Assembly: GCA_964016885.1 (NCBI GenBank)
Contig: OZ024760.1
Span: 11,408,001 to 11,472,000 of the forward strand
DNA from: Eledone cirrhosa
Lineage: Eukaryota
Length of the DNA stretch: 64,000 nucleotides
Direction: 5' to 3'
Made by a program: the position numbers and the translations under genes. The notes under the pieces were generated by a model. The model saw nothing but the letters and a program-made list of their open reading frames with translations. It searched no databases and was not told the origin of the DNA. Shown one piece after another: positions 14,057-28,002 of the stretch. Position 1 is the first letter of the stretch, and each line of letters begins with the position of its first letter.

Positions 14057-14805
14057 GACACCACCACCACCAGCTACTACCACCACCACCACCACCACCA
14101 CCACCAGCTACTACCACCACCACCACCAGCTACTACCACCACCACCACCACCACCACCAGCTACTACCACCACCACCACCAGCTACTACCACCATCACCA
14201 CCACCACCACCACCACCACCACCACCACCACCACCACCACCACCACCACCACCACCACAACCACCAGCTACTACCACCACCACCACCACCACCACCACCA
14301 GCTACTACCACCACCACCACCACCACCACCAGCTACTACCACCACCACCACCAGCTACTACCACCATCACCACCACCACCACCACCACCACCACCACCAC
14401 CACCACCACCATCACCACCACCACCACCACCACCACCACCACCACCACCACCAGCTACTACCACCACCACCACCACCACCACCACCACCACCAGCAGCTA
14501 CTACCACCACCACCACCACCACCATCAGCTACTACCACCACCACCACCACCACCACCAGCTACTACCACCACCACCACCACCACCACCAGCTACTACCAC
14601 CACCACCACCACCACCACCACCACCACCACCACCACCACCATCAGCTACTACCACCACCACCACCACCACCACCAGCTACTACCACCACCACCACCACCA
14701 CCAGCTACTACCACCACCACCACCACCACCACCAGCTACTACTACCACCACCACCACCACCACCACCATCACCACCACCACCACCACCACCACCACCACC
14801 ACCAC
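14057..14805. repeat. (CAC)n microsatellite interrupted by CAGCTACTA units
   Basis: Direct reading. Confidence 0.95.
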
Positions 14806-15094
14806 TTCACTACTATTCCGAGACTCCGGCCTGTGTGCCTGTACGTGGTTGATCAATTTGCTAGAAATAGCAGCCATATCTCGTACAAATCACATTACAT
14901 AGTTTTAGAAAAAAAAAAAGCACACGTGTTAATGGTGTGGTAGTTGGTTGTATGTACATAGAGAGAATAAAGGAAAAGACGTGAAGGTCACGGCTGGGAA
15001 CACTTTGATCATAGGTCTCTGCTCGATCAGAGCTGACCTGGGGCTAAACAACAACAGCAATACGAAAAATAACAACAAAACAAAATCATCTCCA

Positions 15095-15096
15095 AT

Positions 15097-15136
<40 letters not shown>

Positions 15137-15585
15137 GTAGCAACAACAACAACAACACCAACAACAACAACAACAGCAACAACTACACCGTCAACAACAC
15201 CACCAACAACAACAACAACAATAACCACAACAACAACAGTAGCAACAACAACAACAACAACAGCAACACCTTCAACAACACCATCAACAACAATAACAAC
15301 AACAACAATAACACCAACAACAACAACCACAGCAACAACAACACCAACAACAACAACAACAACAGCAACGCCCTCAACAACAATAACACCAACAACAACA
15401 ACAACAACAGCAATAACAACAACAACAGTAGCAACAACAACAACAACAACAACAACAACACCTTCAACAACACCATCAACAACAACAACAACAACACCAA
15501 CAACAACAACAACAACAGCAACACCATCAACAACAATAACACCAACAACAACAACAACAACAGCAATAACAACAACAACAGTAGC

Positions 15586-15616
<31 letters not shown>

Positions 15617-15850
15617 CCTTCAACAACACCATCAACAACAACAACAACAACACCAACAACAACAACAACAACAGCAACACCATCAACAACAATAACACCA
15701 ACAACAACAACAACAACAGCAATAACAACAACAACAGTAGCAACAACAACAACAACAACAACAACAACACCTTCAACAACACCATCAACAACAACAACAT
15801 CAACAACAACAACAGCAACAACAACAACAACTACAACAACAACAACAACT
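15095..15850. repeat. (CAA)n-based tract with a ~150-bp higher-order repeat
   Basis: Recurrent GTAGCAAC...CCTTCAACAACACCATC blocks. Confidence 0.85.
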
Positions 15851-16818
15851 GGATTGACTCACGTAATTACATTGCCATTTGCAGATATTCGACTCCTAGG
15901 ATGGCGGCGGAGCAGTCGGGGGGGGGGGACGGGGGGGGTTACAGGAAATTAGATTAATAGGAGCGGCAATTGGATTAATAGTATTAGGTGAGGTGGAGAA
16001 TCGGTGGAGCGCCGGCTGACCACATGTCGTTGTGTATTAAGTTACGTCCCTTTACGTCCTGATTTCAAATTCTCGCCGCCAAGGTCAACTTTACTATAGT
16101 TTTTTTTTTTCAGGCTTTGGAGATCGATAAAATAAACGACTACCAATCAGATGGGTGTGTGGTTAGTTGATCTGTTCGACTGTACAGCCTACTGTATATG
16201 TGTGTATGTGTACGTGTGTACCTGTATGTGTGTACGTATGTGTGTACGTATGTGTGTATGTGTACGTGTACGTGTGTACGTGTATGTGTGTACGTATGTG
16301 TGTACGTGTATGTGTTTACGTGTACGTGTTTACGTGTACGTGTGTACGTGTACGTGTGTATGTGTACGTGTGTATGTGTACGTGTGTATGTGTACGTGTG
16401 TACGTGTACGTGTGTATGTGTACGTGTGTATGTGTACGTGTGTACGTGTACGTGTGTATGTGTACGTGTGTATGTGTACGTGTGTACGTATGTGTGTGCG
16501 TGCCCATATGTATGTATACCTGTGTATGTATATGTGTGTGCGTGTAAGTGTACGCGTGTGTGTGTGTGTACGTGTATGTGTGTGTGTGTGTGTGTTTGTG
16601 TGTGTGTGTATGTGACGTTCCATATTCCTTCCACATTTCCTTCTGCAATTCTTTTAAACTTTCATATTCCACCCCCACCTCCACCACCATATCCCCCACC
16701 ACCGCATCCCCCACCACAACCTCCACCACCATCACATCCCCCACCACAACCTCCCCCACCTCCCCCACCACCACATCCCACGCCACCAGAGAGAAGGCCC
16801 AATAGTTAGATAGATATA

Positions 16819-17196
16819 TTTCTTTATTAGCCACAAGGGCACAAAAGAAGGGGACAAATACAAAGGGGGAAGTTTACATACAATAAAAACGTGTAAAATG
16901 TTATCACAAATGCAATTTAAAAAGTTAGTCGATTTTCCCCAATAGGGGGAGACAGTTTATATGGGTAACACATACCCCGAAAAAATATGAAACCCTCATC
17001 TCCAGGAGTACGAAGAGTTTGTACTCCTTTCTTCGTCTCCTCCTTTTCCTCAACCTACAGGCTGATATAGAGAGAAGGCCCATTCACTCGGGCCATTCTC
17101 GCCACTTTCACCCACCTTTCATAAAACTTGCTGGGGTACAGCACCTCTCTCTCCATCCTGATTCATCTTCCAAAGTAGTATTTGAAAAAAAGAATC
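16819..17196 (-). mobile_element. L1/Tx1-type LINE, 3'-terminal fragment (end of ORF2 plus 3' UTR)
   Basis: The minus strand encodes ..[31 protein letters not shown].., closely similar to the C-terminus of the 43103-44365 ORF. The 3' end is GCCCTTGTGGCTAATAAAGAAA, and the fragment is flanked by GATA repeats. Confidence 0.9.
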
Positions 17197-17265
<69 letters not shown>

Positions 17266-17526
17266 GATAGATAGACCGAGAGATAGAGAGACAGACAAAA
17301 TGACAACGACACATGGAAATACAATATAAGTTAGAACAGCCTCAAGATATTCCTCGCCAGGTTTTACACCATCTCCAAACCTTTTTATAACCTTGTAACA
17401 TTATTAATTTGAAGTGACATGCTGTTTCAATTTCTGATTGTCCACCCCAGGGTAACCTTATTTAACTTCTCTCTATTCCATAATCTCGTCTCTCTCTCTT
17501 GTCTTTCTCTCTTCTCTCTCTCTCTC

Positions 17527-17582
<56 letters not shown>

Positions 17583-17831
17583 TTCTATCTCTCTCTCTCG
17601 TCTCTCTCTCTCGTTCGTCTCTCACTCGTTCGTCTCTCACTCTCATCTCTCTCGCTCTCTCTCTGCTTCTATCTCTCTCTCTCTCATCTCTTGTCTCTCT
17701 CTCTCTCTCTCTCCTCTCTCTCTTCTCATCTCCTTATTCTCTCTCGCTTTCTCTCTCTCTCGTCTCTCTCTCTCTCTCTCGTCTCTCTCTTCTCATCTTC
17801 TTATTCTCTCACGCTTTCTCTATCTCTCTCG

Positions 17832-17875
<44 letters not shown>

Positions 17876-17906
17876 CTCTTCTCATCTCCTTATTCTCTCT
17901 CACTCG

Positions 17907-17970
<64 letters not shown>

Positions 17971-18036
17971 GTTCGTCTCTCACTCTCATCTCTCTCTCTC
18001 TCTATCAATCTATCTATACTTCTCTTTCTCTCTCTG

Positions 18037-18091
<55 letters not shown>

Positions 18092-18318
18092 TTTTCTTAC
18101 GCAGTCTTATACTACCTATTATCTCTTCCTTCCTTCACATTACATACTCTACTAAATCACTTTTCTGTTTTCTCTCGTAATTAAATACTCTACTAAATCA
18201 CTTTCCTGTTTTTCTCTTTTCTGTTTTTTCATCTTCCGTCTTCCAAATCACTTACTTCCTGGGTGAATTTGCTGTTTTCTGTTTTTCTGTGTTTTCTCTT
18301 GGGATTATAACTTTACGA

Positions 18319-18462
18319 CCCCAGTGCATTACTGGTACTTAATTTTATCGATCCCGTAAGGATGAAAGGCAGAGCTAATCTCGGCGGGATATAAACTCAG
18401 AGGTTAAAGGGACGCAACTAACTATTTGACCCAATGCATGTTGTCCGCCGCTCTACAGATCC
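18319..18462 (-). mobile_element. tRNA-derived SINE (Meta-domain-like family), diverged copy
   Basis: CCCAGTGCATTACTGGTACTT..TTTTATCGA.CCCGTAAGGATGAAAGGC...CTCGGCGGGAT..AACTCAG. Confidence 0.8.
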
Positions 18463-18489
18463 CCCACCATCACACCCACAGGTACAAAA

Positions 18490-19930
18490 GAGTTCTTCTT
18501 CGCCCACTTATCTTGGGAATGTCATGAGGTGGGGCAGACAGAGTCCACCTCAAACACTCCTTCCAGTGGGTCCTACCAGAAGCAACCGTCTCCAGCTGAT
18601 CCGGCTGGATCCCCAAGCATGACCAGCCAAGCTCATGGATGATATCCAACTATCTTGCTCAGGGTCTAACCCAGGGTCTCCCACCGGTTGGTTTTGCCTG
18701 TAAAATCTGTCCAGCGATTCTTTCCTCAGACATTCTAACCACATGTCCCACAGTATCGGAACTGTGATCTTACAATTCGGGAGAGGTAGTGGATCTATCT
18801 GTAGTGACTCTCTAATCTCCGAGTTACGCACTCTATAGAGTAGAGTGACGTTACTTCAAAGACCTTTCGGGTGAAGTGACGGCTCTATCTGGAGTGACTC
18901 TCTGATCTCCGAGTTACGCACTCTATAGAGTAGAGTGACGTTACTTCAAAGACCTTTCGGGAGAAGTGACGGCTCTATCTGGAGTGACTCTCTGATCTCC
19001 GAGTCACGCACTCTATAGAGTAGAGTGACGTTACTTCAAAGACCTTTCGGGTGAAGTGACGGCTCTATCTGGAGTGACTCTCTAATCTCCGAGTTACGCA
19101 CTCTATAGAGTAGAGTGACGTTACTTCAAAGACCTTTCGGGTGAAGTGACGGCTCTATCTGGAGTGACTCTCTGATCTCCGAGTTACGCACTCTATAGAG
19201 TAGAGTGACGTTACTTCAAAGACCTTTCGGGAGAAGTGACGGCTCTAACTGTAGTGGCTCTCTGATCTCCAAGCTAGGCACTCTATGGAGTAGAGTGACG
19301 TTACTTCAAAGACCTTTCGGGAGAAGTGGCGGCTCTAACTGTAGTGGCTCTCTGATCTCCAAGCTAGGCACTCTATGGAGTAACGTTACTCCAAAGACCC
19401 AGTGTTTACCCCCTGGGTCTCCTGGGTCTCCTGCGTCTCCTGTCATTTGGTTTTGCACGTAAAATCTGTCCAGCGATTCTTTCCTGAGATATTTTAGCTA
19501 CATGTCCGTAATATCAGAGCCGTCATCTCTCAGTTCGGAGATTCTTTCATGAGACATTCCAACCACCCATAGTGATCTCTCAATTTAGAGAAGTAGTGGC
19601 CCTACCTGGAGCAAATCTCTCGTCCCCGAGTTACACACGACATCGAGTAACATTACTCCAAAGAACCTTGGGGACAATAAGTGGCTCTACCTGGAATGAT
19701 CCGCTCATCTCCGAGCTACGCATTTTATCGGGTAACGTTACTCCAAAGAACCTTGGGGACAATAAGTGGCTCTACCTGGAATGATCCGCTCATCTCCGAG
19801 CTACGCATTTTATCGGGTAACGTTACTCCAAAGAACCAGGATATAACCCTGGGTCTCCTGCCAGTTGGTTTTGCACGTATAATATATCCATCGATTCTTT
19901 CCTGGGACATTTTAACCACATGTCCACAGT
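18490..19930 (-). mobile_element. Decayed RTE-clade LINE C-terminal fragments (three partial tandem copies) with internal 90-bp and 85-bp tandem amplifications
   Basis: Minus-strand peptides such as VTLL.RVRNSEIRESLQI.P, RMS.ERIAGQIL.AKPTGRRP and GWSCLGIQPDQLE resemble RTE RT C-termini, with frameshifts and stops. Confidence 0.8.
18795..19395. repeat. 90-bp tandem repeat, about 6.5 copies, derived from RTE coding sequence
   Basis: TAGAGTGACGTTACTTCAAAGACCTTTCGG recurs at 18841, 18931, 19021, 19111, 19201 and 19291. Confidence 0.95.
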
Positions 19931-20270
19931 TTAAAATGACAAATTGTTCGTGTGTCGTATTAATACCGTCTTCATGTATTTTGAATGTCTCCCTGGGTTT
20001 AATCTTCGGTGTAAAATAGTTGACAGATAATCAATAAAACCTGGTTCACATGTGTGTGTGTATGCGTGTGTATCAGTGTGTGTATGTGTGTATATCAGTG
20101 TATCAGTGTATCAGTGTATCTGTATAAGTTTGTTCATGTATCTGTGTGTGTATATCTGTGTATGTATATATGTGTATATGTATATTTGTGTGTATGTGTA
20201 TATCTGTGTATATGTGTATATCTGTGTATGTGTATATCTGTGTATGTGTATATCTGTGTACGTGTATATC

Positions 20271-20301
<31 letters not shown>

Positions 20302-20350
20302 CTGTGTATGTGTATATCTGTGTACGTGTATATCTGTGTACGTGTATATC

Positions 20351-20381
<31 letters not shown>

Positions 20382-20466
20382 CTGTGTATGTGTATATCTG
20401 TGTATGTGTATATCTGTGTATGTGTATATCTGTCTGTGTATATTTGTGTATGTGTACATCTGTGTA

Positions 20467-20519
<53 letters not shown>

Positions 20520-20728
20520 ACTTGTCTGTGTGTATGGAAAGGTGGAGGTAGAGATAGAGGTGGGGGGAGGTGATATATTTCAATACAGATTATCGAAACT
20601 TGATATATGAAGGTAAAGGTGTAAACCAGGTGAATGAACAAGTGTATGTAAATATATAAACACACACACATACATAAACATACATTTATGTAAATACAGA
20701 CACACATATATGTATATATATACATATG

Positions 20729-20811
<83 letters not shown>

Positions 20812-20866
20812 CATGTATAAGTAGGGTTCAGCTTTACTTTCAAGCACACACACACACACACACACA

Positions 20867-20899
<33 letters not shown>

Positions 20900-20903
<4 letters not shown>

Positions 20904-21085
20904 TTAATATAGATGAGATTCTACAGGACTAGAACTGTTTCATTCATTAGAAATCATCCTGATGATTTCTAATGAATGAAACAGTTCTAGTCCTGTAGAA
21001 TCTCATCTATATTAAAACTGTTATACTCTGCTATGTATTGAGTACCTTACTTACTGTGGTTACCTCCGATTCAACCCGGAATAAC

Positions 21086-21087
<2 letters not shown>
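20900..21087 (+). mobile_element. Fold-back repeat family B (perfect palindrome with ~59-bp arms plus tail), with hammerhead core motifs
   Basis: Arms 20900-20958 and 20961-21019. CTGATGA-TTTC-TAAT-GAAT-GAAAC starts at 20959. The tail TTGAGTACCTTACTTACTGTGGTTAC..CCGATT.AACCCGG is shared with 60459-60652. Confidence 0.7.
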
Positions 21088-21134
<47 letters not shown>

Positions 21135-21209
21135 CACCCGCACTCTCAAACCTGAACCTAATACCAACCCTGTTCGTAACTGCACTCCTTGGTTTTGTTT
21201 CGTTCTTTG

Positions 21210-21250
<41 letters not shown>

Positions 21251-21253
21251 ATG

Positions 21254-21313
<60 letters not shown>

Positions 21314-21384
21314 TAAGTTTACAAACACACCGAGCATTATAATAAATGTTCGGTGAATCCATACGTACATATATAAATGTGTGC

Positions 21385-21432
<48 letters not shown>

Positions 21433-21731
21433 TACTGTACGTGTACATACATATATTTAAGTAACAGCCGTACTAAGAGTGGGAAATGAAATTTCGTTTC
21501 ATTTTTTCTGTTTATATATATATATATATATATATATACACTCCCACATATATATATATATATATATATATATACACTCACACACATATATATATATATA
21601 CACTACTACTGCTATATATATATATATATATATACATATTCACCCTAAACAATAAAAGCAGACGCAAAACAGTGAAACGTCAGGCATGTTTTACTAAAAC
21701 TTTTTATTGTGTACACACATTTTTTTCCGTT

Positions 21732-21841
<110 letters not shown>

Positions 21842-21931
21842 AGTAGGGATCAGCTTTACTTTCGAACATGTTGACAAAGCAAAATTGACATGACAGCCAC
21901 AAGGTTAAAAGGAACCTGCTTCTCTTTTAAC

Positions 21932-21981
<50 letters not shown>

Positions 21982-22068
21982 TGTGCGTGAAGCTGCGTTA
22001 CTTCTGCGTCTGTGTATGTATGTAGGTATATATGTATATATGTATGTATGTATGTATGTATGTAGGAG

Positions 22069-22433
22069 AAGGAAAACTCTGATATAACACCTGCAACCCT
22101 GATGGTATCCAATGATGTTGACTTGTTCTTCTTTTTTGGTAAATATCATCTTGGTTAAGAGAGTGGGACTGGCTTTGTGCAGTGCCTTTGCTCACTATAA
22201 AAGCTTCACGGCACAGGCATTGCTTTATATCTGGAGATCTCTCTGCACTTGTCGTCACAGGGTACCATGGGCCCAGCACTGTGTGTCAATAATTGTCACA
22301 GGTGTAGTGTTTGTACCAGAGTTTTCAAGTCGCTGGCGGGACTAAAAAGTCACACTCGTTCAGCACATCAGTAAGGGTTCTCCTACATGGATATAAAGTA
22401 GTGGCCGTACTCGAAAACGAGTTGGCAGCCACC

Positions 22434-22435
<2 letters not shown>
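22069..22435 (+). mobile_element. Interspersed element ending in an RTE-type LINE 3' end with a terminal C2H2 finger
   Basis: Encodes [22 protein letters not shown] followed by the tail GTGGCCGTACTCGAAAACGAGTTGGCAGCC and (TA)n. Second copy at 42445-42723; tail-only copy at ~38122-38165. Confidence 0.7.
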
Positions 22436-22510
<75 letters not shown>

Positions 22511-22533
22511 CATACATATATACATATATACCT

Positions 22534-22568
<35 letters not shown>

Positions 22569-22626
22569 TGTGTATGTATAAGTATGTAAGTATGTATGTA
22601 TGTAAATATGCATGTATATATGAGCG

Positions 22627-22657
<31 letters not shown>

Positions 22658-22785
22658 AAAAATGGGGAGAAGAATACTGCAGGTTGCACATGGATAACAT
22701 GTTATAAAATGAGTCCCTCATCAGTGATTTGCCAACGATCATAGATATTTCATTGCATTAAAAATCATATACTTCACGTTGGTGC

Positions 22786-22973
22786 AATAATTGTTTCTAC
22801 TTTAGGCACAAGGCCAGCAATTACCAGTGCATTACTGGTACTTTATTTTATCGACCCCGTAAGGATGAAAGGCAAAGTCAACCTCGGCGGGATTTGAACT
22901 CAGATGGTAAAGGGACGTAACTATGCTGGAAAGCATGGCGTCCGACCCTCCACCGATACTGCCAATCTACCGC
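22786..22973 (-). mobile_element. tRNA-derived SINE (Meta-domain-like family), near full length
   Basis: On the minus strand: box-A-like TGGCAGTATCGG, box B GAGTTCAAATCCC, central GAGGTTGACTTTGCCTTTCATCCTTACGGGGTCGATAAAATAAAGTACCAGT. Confidence 0.9.
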
Positions 22974-23308
22974 AATAATAACTAAATTAAGTTATTAGGA
23001 CAATTAAAACGCGTAAAGCGAGTGAGTCAAGTAACAACTGGTCTACCTTTCGTGGTAAGGTCTATAACGTAGTTAGAACTCAATGTAATCCGTTAGCAAG
23101 TAATTCAGTGAGATCCAGAGTCTGATATATTAGTGATCGAACCTATATATGATGTCTGATAGTATACAGTTCTCTAACTGCTATAGATCAGTCAATAATT
23201 CAATATGATCAACCCTCCGAAACGATCGTAAAACAATGAAATTAATATGTAAAACAACTTTCCTTCGTTATTATTATCATTGTTAAACTAATATCTAATA
23301 CACCCACC

Positions 23309-23374
<66 letters not shown>

Positions 23375-23434
23375 AGTATGCATGTATATATATCTTACTG
23401 ACGATATATATATATGTATGTATGTGTGTGTATA

Positions 23435-23493
<59 letters not shown>

Positions 23494-23496
<3 letters not shown>

Positions 23497-23700
23497 GAAG
23501 GAAATGTGGTAAGGAACTAGGTGGACCATAACGCACCAAAGTACTCAATACTTAGGGTAGTAGAGTGGGTAATAGGAACGAGTAGGAACCCGACGGCAGA
23601 GCTCAAGCCGTTTCGACGGCTAATTCTGGACTAAAATTTTAGTCCACAATTAGCCGTCGAAACGGATTGAGCTCTGCCGTCGGGGTCCTACTCGTTCCTA
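23494..23700. mobile_element. Family A copy in fold-back configuration
   Basis: Inverted arms centred on GGACTAAAATTTTAGTCC (~23628-23645). Confidence 0.75.
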
Positions 23701-23799
23701 TATATATATTTCTTAAAGAGGATATTACGTAATAAATGTTCAGGTTACCGATTGGTTTCATGAAAAGATTTAACGAAATGCAGACAAAGAACGAATATG

Positions 23800-23852
<53 letters not shown>

Positions 23853-24009
23853 TACCTTACTCACTTTCGCTCTTTCAACCTTTTTCACTCTATCTCACTT
23901 TTTTTCTCCTCTTACACTCACTCTCTCACTCTCTCACTCACACTGTCTCTCTCTCCTCAAACTTTTGTCACTCATTTAATCTCTCTCTCTCTCTCTCTCT
24001 CTATCCCTC

Positions 24010-24042
<33 letters not shown>

Positions 24043-24135
24043 GTTCTCTCATCTTATCTATTATATTTCTCACTCTCTCCTACCATCTCCCACCTCTCTT
24101 TCTATCTTCCTTCTGTTACTAAAGGTGTTGAACAT

Positions 24136-24213
24136 CAAAGCACTGTTTCATTAACCAGGTGAAAATTACCTGTAAAATCGCACTCTGCGTCGTGATTAAA
24201 TTCTTCAGCGCTG
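24136..24213 (-). ncRNA. Degenerate hammerhead ribozyme-like motif
   Basis: Minus strand CAGCG-CTGAAGA-ATTTAATC[two internal hairpins]GGTTAAT-GAAAC-A-GT-G-CTTTG. The cleavage position is G (non-permissive) and stem I is imperfect. Confidence 0.35.
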
Positions 24214-24265
24214 TTCTTAACAAAAAACAAATTTTCAACCTACATTTTTTATACCACAACCAGCT

Positions 24266-24830
24266 GCACCACCACCACCACTACCACCACCTTCACCACT
24301 ACCATCTCCACCACTAACATCACCATCACTACCACCACCTACACAACCACCTTCACCACTACCATCTCCACCACTAACATCACCACCACTACCACCACCA
24401 ACACCACCTACACCACCATCTCCACCACTAACATCCCCACCACCACCACCGCCACCACCACTAACACCACCTACACAACCACCTTCACCACTACCATCTC
24501 CACCACTAACATCCCCACCACCACCACCACCAACACCACCTACACAACCACCTTCACCACTACCATCTCCACCACTAACATCCCCACCACCACCACCACC
24601 AACACCACCTACACAACCACCTTCACCACTACCATCTCCACCACTAACATCACCACCACCAACACCACCTACACAACCACCTTCACCACTACCATCTCCA
24701 CGACTAACATCACCACCACTACCACCAACACGACCTACACAACCACCTTCACTAACATTAACACCACCACCAACACGACCTCCACCACCTCCACCATCAC
24801 CATCTACATCACCAACACCACCTTCACCAT
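24266..24830. repeat. CAC-rich ~60-bp minisatellite (ACCTACACAACCACCTTCACCACTACCATCTCCACCACTAACATC...)
   Basis: Tandem direct repeats. Confidence 0.9.
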
Positions 24831-25882
24831 CATATTTACCGTCTTCTTTCTCTCACTATACAGACACACACACGCACACACACACACAAATAGACGGATA
24901 CACACATAGACACACTCACACATACAGATAGATATATATATCTATAGATACACACAGATAGATGCATACACACTCTGACACACTACCGTGTTGGGTGGCG
25001 TGGCGTGGAGTGGGGTGTTGTTGTACAGAGAGAGAAAGAGAGGGGGAGAGAGTACAGAAAGTCTTGTGGTGAGTGTGGCTGGTGTAGTGTAGTTATAAGA
25101 AGATGGCGGCGTAAGATTGAGCAGATTGGAGTCGAGTGGAGTGGAGTGTTGTAGTAGAGAGAGAGTGAGTGGGAGTGAGAGAGAGAGAATGAGGGGGAGT
25201 GAGAGAGAGAGAGTGAGTGAGGGGGAGTGAGAGAGAGAGGGGAAAGAGAAAGAGTGATACGAGGAGAGTTCAAAAAGTGTAGTGTAGTTTTCCGAGAAAA
25301 TGGCGGCGGATGATTGAACGGATTGGAGTGAGGTGAAGTATTGTAATAGAGAGAGAGAGGGAGAGAGACTAAGTGGGGGGAGGAGAGTACAGAAAGTGTA
25401 GTAGACTTTTCAGAGAATATGGCGGCGTACGATTGCCTTCGTTGCTCTCTTCGATTTGATATTATATTGACAAAGACAATTACAAGCGAATGAAAAGTGT
25501 TTTCTCATCGATAACGAAAGTGAAACTAGGAAGACGAGGCGATAGTGAAAGTGAAAGTAAAAAGACGAGGCGATAGTGAAAGTAGGAAGACGAGGCGATA
25601 GCGAAAGCCAAGAAGCCATGATAATCAGATAGGTTATTAACCAAGCTAAGTAAATAAATAAGATGGTTGTAGGGGGGTAAAAAGAAGTAAGTATGAGCAG
25701 AAAGGAAGTGAAGAAGAAACGATGGAAGGAAGGAAAAAAGAGGACAAAGATAATGAGAAAATATCAGAGAGTGGGGGCGGAGTAGATGGCTGTGGGTCGG
25801 GGGGTGAGAAAGAAGAGGAATGAAGGAAAGAAAGAAAGAGGACAAAGAAGTTGAGGAAATATCAGAGTTGGTAGGAGCTGGC

Positions 25883-25923
<41 letters not shown>

Positions 25924-25935
25924 ATAATAATAATG

Positions 25936-25968
<33 letters not shown>

Positions 25969-26036
25969 GCAATAATAAATTTGAAGACTAAAATCCAAAG
26001 AGCGATTCTTTGCTTAAACTTTAATCTGTTATTTTA

Positions 26037-26094
<58 letters not shown>

Positions 26095-26263
26095 TGTTGT
26101 ACATCTGAAATATGTATAATAAAATGTAATTGATCAAAATAACATCTATTTTATTAATATTTGTATTTTAATATTAATAACTCTGGAAAATTTTTACCGT
26201 AGAGTGCTTCCAATCTACTGTAAAACTCATTCTTTGATGTACTCATTGAATCTTGTTTAACTC

Positions 26264-26340
<77 letters not shown>

Positions 26341-26540
26341 CATTCATATATATATATATATATACATATGCATGTATGTATATGTTTATATATATATGTA
26401 TGTATATATATAAATATATATATACATACACATGCATATGCATACATACATACTTACATACATATACACATACATACATTCATACCTACATACATACATA
26501 CATACATACATACTTACTTACATACACACATACATACATC

Positions 26541-26890
26541 AATCTTGAGAAGCTAGGCTTCACAGGAACAGAAAGAACACAACTAGTTAGGAAATTACAA
26601 GTACAATCCATTAATGGAACAGTAAAAATATGTAAAACATTCCCAAAATTTTGCATCTAATAACTTCATATACACTTGTACAGATACAAAGCATATGCAC
26701 GTGCACACATACAACTCAAAACATACACATCCACACATCCAACAACATCCACATCTACACATGTAGACATACATAAATATCTACCTAGTTGATGTTGTGT
26801 AAATTCCAATGAGAGAGTCTTGTGTGTCTGTTAGAAACCGACTCTCTCTCTCTATTGGTAAACATTTGTGAAATTATAAAACCAGAAGAA
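26541..26890 (+). mobile_element. 3' end of an RLE-type (R4/Dong-like) non-LTR retrotransposon inside a (CATA)n array
   Basis: Peptide [38 protein letters not shown] (stop at 26660) resembles C-termini of RLE-bearing LINE ORFs. It is followed by a UTR-like tail ending AAAACCAGAAGAA(CATA)n. Confidence 0.5.
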
Positions 26891-27542
26891 CATACATACA
26901 TACATACATACATACATACATACATACATACATACATACATACATTCTTATATACATGCATACATACATTCTCACACACCTACGTACATACATACATACA
27001 TACATACATACATACATACATACATACATAAAAACATGCGTACATACATACGTACATGCATACATACATACAAACATACGTACATACATACATAGCTGGC
27101 ACCTTCAAAATATGCAAAACATTCTTGCGATTCAAGGGATGACAATTTCTTTTCTTTTACAACCTTGCCACCAGGAAGGTGGCCGGTCAAAAAAATATAC
27201 TCGAAATTAAGAGAAAGAGAAAACATACATACATACATACATACATACGTACATACATACATACGTACATACATACATACATACGTACATACATACATAC
27301 ATACATACATACATACATACATACATACATACATACATACATACATACATACATACATACATACATACATACATACATACATACATACATACATACGTTC
27401 CTCTCTTCGTAATATCTAAGACAAAGTTTATTGATCCAGAATAGAGATGTGATATTACCAATTGGTTTTCTCTAAAGTTCATCAGTAGTACCGTTAGGTG
27501 TGTGTAGAGGGCAGTACAGGTAGTGGCTGGTGAATGGCTGAT

Positions 27543-27589
<47 letters not shown>

Positions 27590-27742
27590 ACACACACATA
27601 TATACACATATATATATAGAAGTATGTATATATATATATATATATATAGTATGTATATATAGAGTATGTGTATATATATATATATAGTATGTATATATAG
27701 AGTATGTGTATATATATATATATATAGTATGTATATATAGAG

Positions 27743-27803
<61 letters not shown>

Positions 27804-27890
27804 TATAATATAATATAAACACACTCTACTACACCAAGAATCGAGTAGTCTGTTGAGTAATGGTCTAACCATTTTCCAACTGAATTCGTC

Positions 27891-28002
<112 letters not shown>

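Noticed and set aside
14948-15952. Mucin-like Thr-rich 334-aa ORF
   Set aside because: (CAA)n expansion with no signal peptide, ATG start or flanking domains
22660-22735. Minus-strand CTGATGA-GGGAC as a hammerhead start
   Set aside because: No stem II closure or GAAA box downstream
27451-27492. Minus-strand CTGATGAACTTTAGAGAAAACCAATTGGTA
   Set aside because: Palindromic stem III candidate, but register, stem II and stem I do not fit; at best a decayed remnant
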